Virus record (IMG/VR): IMGVR_UViG_3300014836_000525
DNA from: an uncultured virus (IMG/VR IMGVR_UViG_3300014836_000525)
Lineage: Duplodnaviria; Heunggongvirae; Uroviricota; Caudoviricetes; Crassvirales
Strand: one strand, 5' to 3'
Length of the DNA stretch: 20,000 nt
Shown here: piece by piece, positions 15,907 to 20,000 of the stretch
Layout of the letters: each line of letters opens with the position of its first letter
Position numbering within the stretch: the stretch's first letter is position 1
The notes under the pieces: generated by a model
Database searches by the model: none
The model's input: the letters and a program-made list of their open reading frames with translations, nothing else
Told to the model about the DNA's origin: nothing
Position numbers and translations under genes: made by a program

Positions 15907-16177
15907 TTATTGGTTGGTTTGGATCAAAGTCTGGGATTGGTTCAAGTATATCTTCACCTTTTACAAGGATATTGTACTGTGTTAAATTCATAGTAACTAT
16001 TTGCTCAACCCCATCAAATAATTTACCATGTATAAGATAAATCTGTTGTCTGACTATTAGTTTAGTAGATTCAAGACTTGTGGTATAGTCAGCATCCTCA
16101 CATTTCTCAACTATAGTGATTGTAGAATTTTGCTGTGAATCATCTGTAAAAGTATATGTGTACTTGTAGTATATCAT
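15890..16177 (-). CDS. hypothetical protein, possible tail-fibre partner/chaperone
   Basis: 95 aa, acidic; ATGA overlap with the tail-fibre stop. Confidence 0.55.
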   Translation of the reverse strand: MIYYKYTYTFTDDSQQNSTITIVEKCEDADYTTSLESTKLIVRQQIYLIHGKLFDGVEQIVTMNLTQYNILVKGEDILEPIPDFDPNQPINEEPI

Positions 16178-18516
16178 CGTTTTAAATTAAAGGATTCACC
16201 ACACCAATCAACCGATGCAGACCTGGTGGCTAAAGTTCCTGCCGAGCCTGCTAGTCTATAAAAAGGAAGTCCCCCATAGTTACCAGATACCCTTGTAAAT
16301 CTATATGCAAAGGAGTAGGTTATACCGTCTGTTGAATAGAAGAATATAGCATCACCGTTATTTGATGAGGTAATAAATATTCCCAAATAGATAAAAGTGG
16401 CAGCTGTAATTGGTACTGTAGTTGCCGTTAGTATAGTTAAAGCATTTGATGTGTTTGTAATTCTAACATTCCAAAAAGCTGGAGTTGCTGCACCCGAAGC
16501 AAATGTTGGCATTTCCCACATTAAACCTGTTTGTCCAGATGTTGCTACCGTAGATGATGAGGCATTTAGTCCCGCATTAAAATTCCAATCCTGTGCAGCA
16601 GTAGGGAGTGTATCAATTTTTACTTTTGAAACCCATAGTTGTGGACATAAACCGTTAACTCCAAATATTGTACTTGCTCCAAACCTTCTGTAGTCCACAC
16701 TTGCATATAAAAACCCAGTAATTGTTGTTCCTGCAGTAAGCCTCATTACTCCCCACACATCTGATGTTTCTGCACCAGAAACTAAACCGGATCCAGTGCC
16801 AGATGTCAATCCATAAAACATTTTAGTGGATTGAGAACCAGCAACTTGGTTTATGTTTTCAAAGTCATCATAGAAATCAAACCCACCTTGATTTGGATGG
16901 GTATTAAACTGAGCCCATCTTGTGCCTGTATACAAAAAAGTTATCTCTCTTTCAGGCATCAAGAAGTATGGAGACTTTTGTGCTAACTTAAACCTATTAG
17001 TAGCTGTAGATGTACTAGCCTCGTTCTCAATAATAACTAGGTTGTTTGTTGAACTGTTTACTATTGTAACTATCCTACCTGCCGATGGATTTGCTAGTCC
17101 ACCTAAACTTATAATATTGTTTGTATTGTTTGGGGTAAAGTCAATAACTTTTACTATATCTGTAGTACCAGGCCATCCCGTAGGTGCCCAGTTATCCTCT
17201 CTAGCATTAGTGGATGCTACAGATATAACAGCTAAATCAATATTACCAATTGTCCAGGTTCTATCAGCACTTAAATCATAGCCTGTCCCATTGATAGTCA
17301 ATGATCTAGTAGATGGGACTGGTGTGTACCCAAGTATTGTAGTTAGTGAAGCTGTCTTCCATTGTGCTGGAGAAACAGTATTATCATACCACAAGGTATC
17401 CTTATAAGTAGGAGCCGTAGCTTGAACATTATGAAGTTCATCTAATTCGTAACCATTCTGAATCTTAACATACATCCTACCTGAAGAACCAGGACTAGCT
17501 GTGGTGACAACTCCTAGATAAACTAAGTGATTAGGAGCATATGGTTTTACATTAGTAATACTACCAGCTGTAGAACCTAAGTACAAAGCTTCCCCATCAG
17601 CAAATGTTGAAGTTGGGAGTATACTTAATCCATCAAGTAACCCTTGCATCATTACCAACCCTTTCTGATTGGCTGCAATAGATGTTGAAAGTACTAATCC
17701 TACTGTTTGAGCTGATGTAGCATCTGATGTATTAGAGGCTCTTTTAACAGTCATTCTATCCCCGGTACCCCCAAAAGCATACACAACCATTCCCTTAGTC
17801 AGAGTTACCGAATCATCGTTGGTAACATAAGATAGTAGAGTGTTTGGGGCAGTACCAATAACTCTAAAAGCAGGAATAGATGTGTCGTAAACACACAACA
17901 TATCCCCATTAGCTATAATATCTCCTCCTATAAGAGCACCATCATTATTTCTGTATAATGGTACTGCTCCTAGTCCATTAATATTAAGTGTGCAACTAGT
18001 AGTATTCCCATTAGTAAACCTTACAATATAAGCATCACCTTCGGCATAGGATGTAACTCCAGCTATTGATACTGTGTAAGTATCTGTCCCTGAAGCTATT
18101 CCGTGTGGGATTCCACTTCCTCCAGTCGGGGCTGCATCCCATTTTAATCCAGTAGCAGTTGTACTATCAGCATAAAGAACTTGCCCATTTGTCCCCACGG
18201 GAAGACGAGCATCTACCGTATCAAATGTATAAAGATCTCCTTTAGTTGTAAGTGGGGATACTCCTCCACTAGCATCAATGGTAGTTACTCCGTCAACAGT
18301 AGTAAACGTAACCCCTGTCCCAGCAACTAATAAGTCAGTTATATACTTGAATACAAACTCTTTAGGTCTATCCCTTACATTATACGAAACTAGCAATTGA
18401 TTGTGATAAATAGTATCAGGACGATACCTATCAAAATTTCCTTCATTTACATCAAAAAGATTCCTCAACCCAATATTGGATTTAGTACTTGCTTTCTGAC
18501 TTAGTATCCCACTCAT
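16174..18516 (-). CDS. tail fibre / receptor-binding-like protein
   Basis: ~780 aa, G/T/S/A-rich; fibre modules PLTTKGDL...RLPVGTNGQVL, TLNINGLGA, NGYELDELHNV, LGYTPVP..R.LTING..YDLSADR.W; beta-rich C-terminus. ATG at 18516. Confidence 0.75.
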   Translation of the reverse strand: MSGILSQKASTKSNIGLRNLFDVNEGNFDRYRPDTIYHNQLLVSYNVRDRPKEFVFKYITDLLVAGTGVTFTTVDGVTTIDASGGVSPLTTKGDLYTFDTVDARLPVGTNGQVLYADSTTATGLKWDAAPTGGSGIPHGIASGTDTYTVSIAGVTSYAEGDAYIVRFTNGNTTSCTLNINGLGAVPLYRNNDGALIGGDIIANGDMLCVYDTSIPAFRVIGTAPNTLLSYVTNDDSVTLTKGMVVYAFGGTGDRMTVKRASNTSDATSAQTVGLVLSTSIAANQKGLVMMQGLLDGLSILPTSTFADGEALYLGSTAGSITNVKPYAPNHLVYLGVVTTASPGSSGRMYVKIQNGYELDELHNVQATAPTYKDTLWYDNTVSPAQWKTASLTTILGYTPVPSTRSLTINGTGYDLSADRTWTIGNIDLAVISVASTNAREDNWAPTGWPGTTDIVKVIDFTPNNTNNIISLGGLANPSAGRIVTIVNSSTNNLVIIENEASTSTATNRFKLAQKSPYFLMPEREITFLYTGTRWAQFNTHPNQGGFDFYDDFENINQVAGSQSTKMFYGLTSGTGSGLVSGAETSDVWGVMRLTAGTTITGFLYASVDYRRFGASTIFGVNGLCPQLWVSKVKIDTLPTAAQDWNFNAGLNASSSTVATSGQTGLMWEMPTFASGAATPAFWNVRITNTSNALTILTATTVPITAATFIYLGIFITSSNNGDAIFFYSTDGITYSFAYRFTRVSGNYGGLPFYRLAGSAGTLATRSASVDWCGESFNLKR

Positions 18517-18521
18517 CAATT

Positions 18522-18546
18522 ATTACTTATCAATTACTTATCAATT
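18522..18546. repeat. 11-bp tandem repeat (ATTACTTATCA x2 plus partial)
   Basis: Seen directly between the 75-aa gene and the tail-fibre start. Confidence 0.7.
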
Positions 18547-18768
18547 GCTTTTAATTTGAGCCTTAATCATCAAATGACTTTTCTCTTGTTCAGCAGCCAT
18601 TATAGCCATTAACCCACGAAGCTCTTCGTAAGTTAACTGCCCTATAAACTTCCCATCACTAGAAAATTGTACAACAACATCATCGATATAAATCTCAAAA
18701 TGCTCTGTACTGTCATCTCCTTCAGTAAATGGTGGCTGGTAAACTCCTCCTTTTATTGTTGTAGGCAT
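18541..18768 (-). CDS. hypothetical protein (~75 aa)
   Basis: ATG at 18768 (track start TTG at 18777); beta-rich core with C-terminal helix; first gene of the leftward operon. Confidence 0.65.
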   Translation of the reverse strand: MPTTIKGGVYQPPFTEGDDSTEHFEIYIDDVVVQFSSDGKFIGQLTYEELRGLMAIMAAEQEKSHLMIKAQIKSN

Positions 18769-18848
18769 CTGACTCAAACTTTATTTAGAATGCTAAAATA
18801 CTACAAATCTCGAAAGGACACACCTACCCCTTTGAAAATTTTGATTTA

Positions 18849-19080
18849 TTGCCAGATTTTAAGATTTACCGTTTTTAGCCTTTGGTGGGACATCCCAATC
18901 TCCCTTATAGTCGAATCCACCCTAAATCTTTATACTGTCAATATATTCATCACTATCGGGGACAATTTCACTGCTATGTTTCTCTGTTATTTCAAGAGTG
19001 CGGCTATTAACCCGACTTCTGACCCTATACCTACTCTTTGAGCCCTCTAGGGTGGTCACTGTAACGTGGTGATTTGGCAA
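18849..19080. ncRNA. candidate structured non-coding element (ncRNA, long leader or DNA site)
   Basis: Non-coding, GC-richer than the other spacers, many nested and crossing complementary segments; no family recognised; strand unresolved. Confidence 0.4.
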
Positions 19081-19085
19081 ATATA
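19078..19085 (-). promoter_or_regulatory. Bacteroidota sigma -7 element (TATATTTG) facing the structured region and late operon
   Basis: TAnnTTTG consensus in the divergent intergenic region. Confidence 0.6.
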
Positions 19086-19129
19086 GCATAATAATATTTA
19101 TGGGGAGTGGATTATGAGGTAAAAATTTG

Positions 19130-19137
19130 TAAATTCG
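19130..19137 (+). promoter_or_regulatory. possible -7 element variant (TAAATTCG) for the Ig-like gene pair
   Basis: One mismatch to TAnnTTTG, 43 nt upstream of the ATG at 19181, followed by an AT-rich leader. Confidence 0.4.
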
Positions 19138-19180
19138 TGGCTGAATTTTTAACTTTTAAATTTAATTTTTAATTTTCAAA

Positions 19181-19510
19181 ATGGTATCAATCTCAACAAC
19201 AAACGAGGAGAAAGTCCTTGTAACTCTTGCCCCAGTAACTGCTGCTGGCAATCCTGCAATTCTTGACGGTGCTCCAAAATGGGGTATTGCTGAAGGTGAC
19301 TGCACACTAGAAGTAGCTGAAGACGGACTTTCTGCTTACCTAGTATCTGGAGCTGCTAATGTAATTAACCAAATTACTATTACAGCTGATGCAGATCTAG
19401 ACGAAGGTGAAGTTCGTGAAATTTCTGAAACAATTGTTTACACTGTAGTTCCAGCTGAAGCTGCTGCTATCGGAGTATCAACTGTAGTGGAACCTAAAGC
19501 TATCGTTTAA
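19181..19510 (+). CDS. small acidic Ig-like beta-sandwich protein
   Basis: 109 aa; alternating beta-strand pattern, GNPA.LDG.PKW, DGLSA, ITITADADL; no signal peptide. Confidence 0.65.
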   Translation: MVSISTTNEEKVLVTLAPVTAAGNPAILDGAPKWGIAEGDCTLEVAEDGLSAYLVSGAANVINQITITADADLDEGEVREISETIVYTVVPAEAAAIGVSTVVEPKAIV

Positions 19511-19512
19511 TC

Positions 19513-19827
19513 ATGAAACTAACAGTATCATTTAAAAATGCTGTTGTCTATGACTTTAAATCTCTTGAAGTAGCTAACGGAGAAGTGTTTAAAATCACTA
19601 CCGATTCTACTCAAGCTATCCAATGGTTCTCAGACAACGATGCTGTTTGTGACATTACCGTTAACCCTGAAGTTAACAACGAAGCTAACTTTGTAGCTAA
19701 ATCTGAAGGAACTACCACTATACTCTTTGTTAGTAACAACCAACAAATTGTACATTCAGTAGTCATCGAAGTAAAGAATTTAGTATCTCTAAATCCAACT
19801 GCTTCTACTCCAGAACTAAAACCTTAG
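19513..19827 (+). CDS. small Ig-like (Big_2-like) protein
   Basis: 104 aa; W.SDNDAV..I.V.....A.FVAKSEGTTTI resembles the bacterial Ig-like group 2 pattern. Confidence 0.65.
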   Translation: MKLTVSFKNAVVYDFKSLEVANGEVFKITTDSTQAIQWFSDNDAVCDITVNPEVNNEANFVAKSEGTTTILFVSNNQQIVHSVVIEVKNLVSLNPTASTPELKP

Positions 19828-19864
19828 TTAGTCCAGACTTAACTTACCTAACTTTACCTATATT

Positions 19865-19894
19865 AAAACCCTGACGTAATTGTTGGGGTTTTTT
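19865..19894 (+). terminator. intrinsic terminator after the Ig-like gene pair
   Basis: AAAACCCTGAC-GTAATT-GTTGGGGTTTTTT; the G-U pairs work only on the plus strand. Confidence 0.8.
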
Positions 19895-20000
19895 GCATAT
19901 TATAACCATCATCAAACCCACATTATAGTGTTAATGATAATTATAACCGACAAAGTCATGTGCTAGTTTTACCTTAAAATCACATTACCTTGTGGTTTAC

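Larger units (their letters stand above)
1..20000. mobile_element. crAss-like (Crassvirales-related) bacteriophage genome segment: late/structural module
   Basis: Gene order TerL-portal-acidic scaffold-MCP-gene75-gene74-gene73 with crAss-type motifs, plus an HU/IHF-like gene, tail fibre and lysis genes; no host housekeeping genes. Confidence 0.93.

Noticed and set aside
16174..16600. Diversity-generating retroelement target at the fibre C-terminus
   Set aside because: No reverse transcriptase and no template/variable repeat pair visible in the window
810..17281. Short plus-strand ORFs in the track (810, 2764, 2969, 3730, 3997, 6217, 8615, 9299, 10942, 12138, 12920, 15719, 16397, 16922) and the nested minus ORF 5040-5231
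   Set aside because: They are antisense or nested shadows of strongly supported genes, mostly with non-ATG starts and no recognisable motifs
18883..18922. tmRNA/tRNA-like words on the minus strand (GGATTCGAC ... CCACCA)
   Set aside because: Only about 40 nt apart, no T-arm, cloverleaf or tag ORF, and the acceptor stem is not of the Ala type
18667..19041. 124-aa plus-strand ORF
   Set aside because: TTG start, overlaps a plausible minus-strand gene, atypical composition; better explained as a chance ORF over the structured region, though not formally excluded
1..20000. Stop-codon reassignment (TAG to Gln or TGA to Trp), known in some crAss-like phages
   Set aside because: TerL, portal and MCP are full length in code 11, and TGA and TAG act as genuine stops (ATGA overlaps)

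Overview
This window is the virion-morphogenesis (late) module of a crAss-like (Crassvirales-related) podophage, most likely infecting a Bacteroidota host. The host inference rests on TAnnTTTG promoters and the lack of obvious Shine-Dalgarno sites. Genes read in the standard genetic code. Almost everything is on the minus strand. From right to left: small hypothetical, modular tail fibre plus small partner, lysis cassette (holin-like, lipoprotein CHAP hydrolase, two membrane-anchored coiled-coil spanin-like proteins), GroES-like co-chaperonin, wHTH protein, Cys-rich protein, HU/IHF-like protein, candidate TerS, TerL, portal, Dps/ferritin-like protein, a 490-aa modular protein with an NlpC/P60-like domain, acidic scaffold-like protein, major capsid protein, and the conserved crAss genes 75/74/73. 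At the right end a ~400-nt intergenic region rich in potential base pairing separates this operon from two divergent small Ig-like genes that have their own terminator. The most interesting leads are: (1) the Dps-like plus NlpC/P60 'cargo' pair translationally coupled to the portal; (2) a lysis cassette whose only lipoprotein is the endolysin itself; (3) a candidate structured RNA at ~18.8-19.1 kb; (4) the Ig-like pair with a possible donor-strand tail; (5) apparently leaderless promoters for portal and scaffold. All family assignments come from motif recognition by eye; no searches were run.
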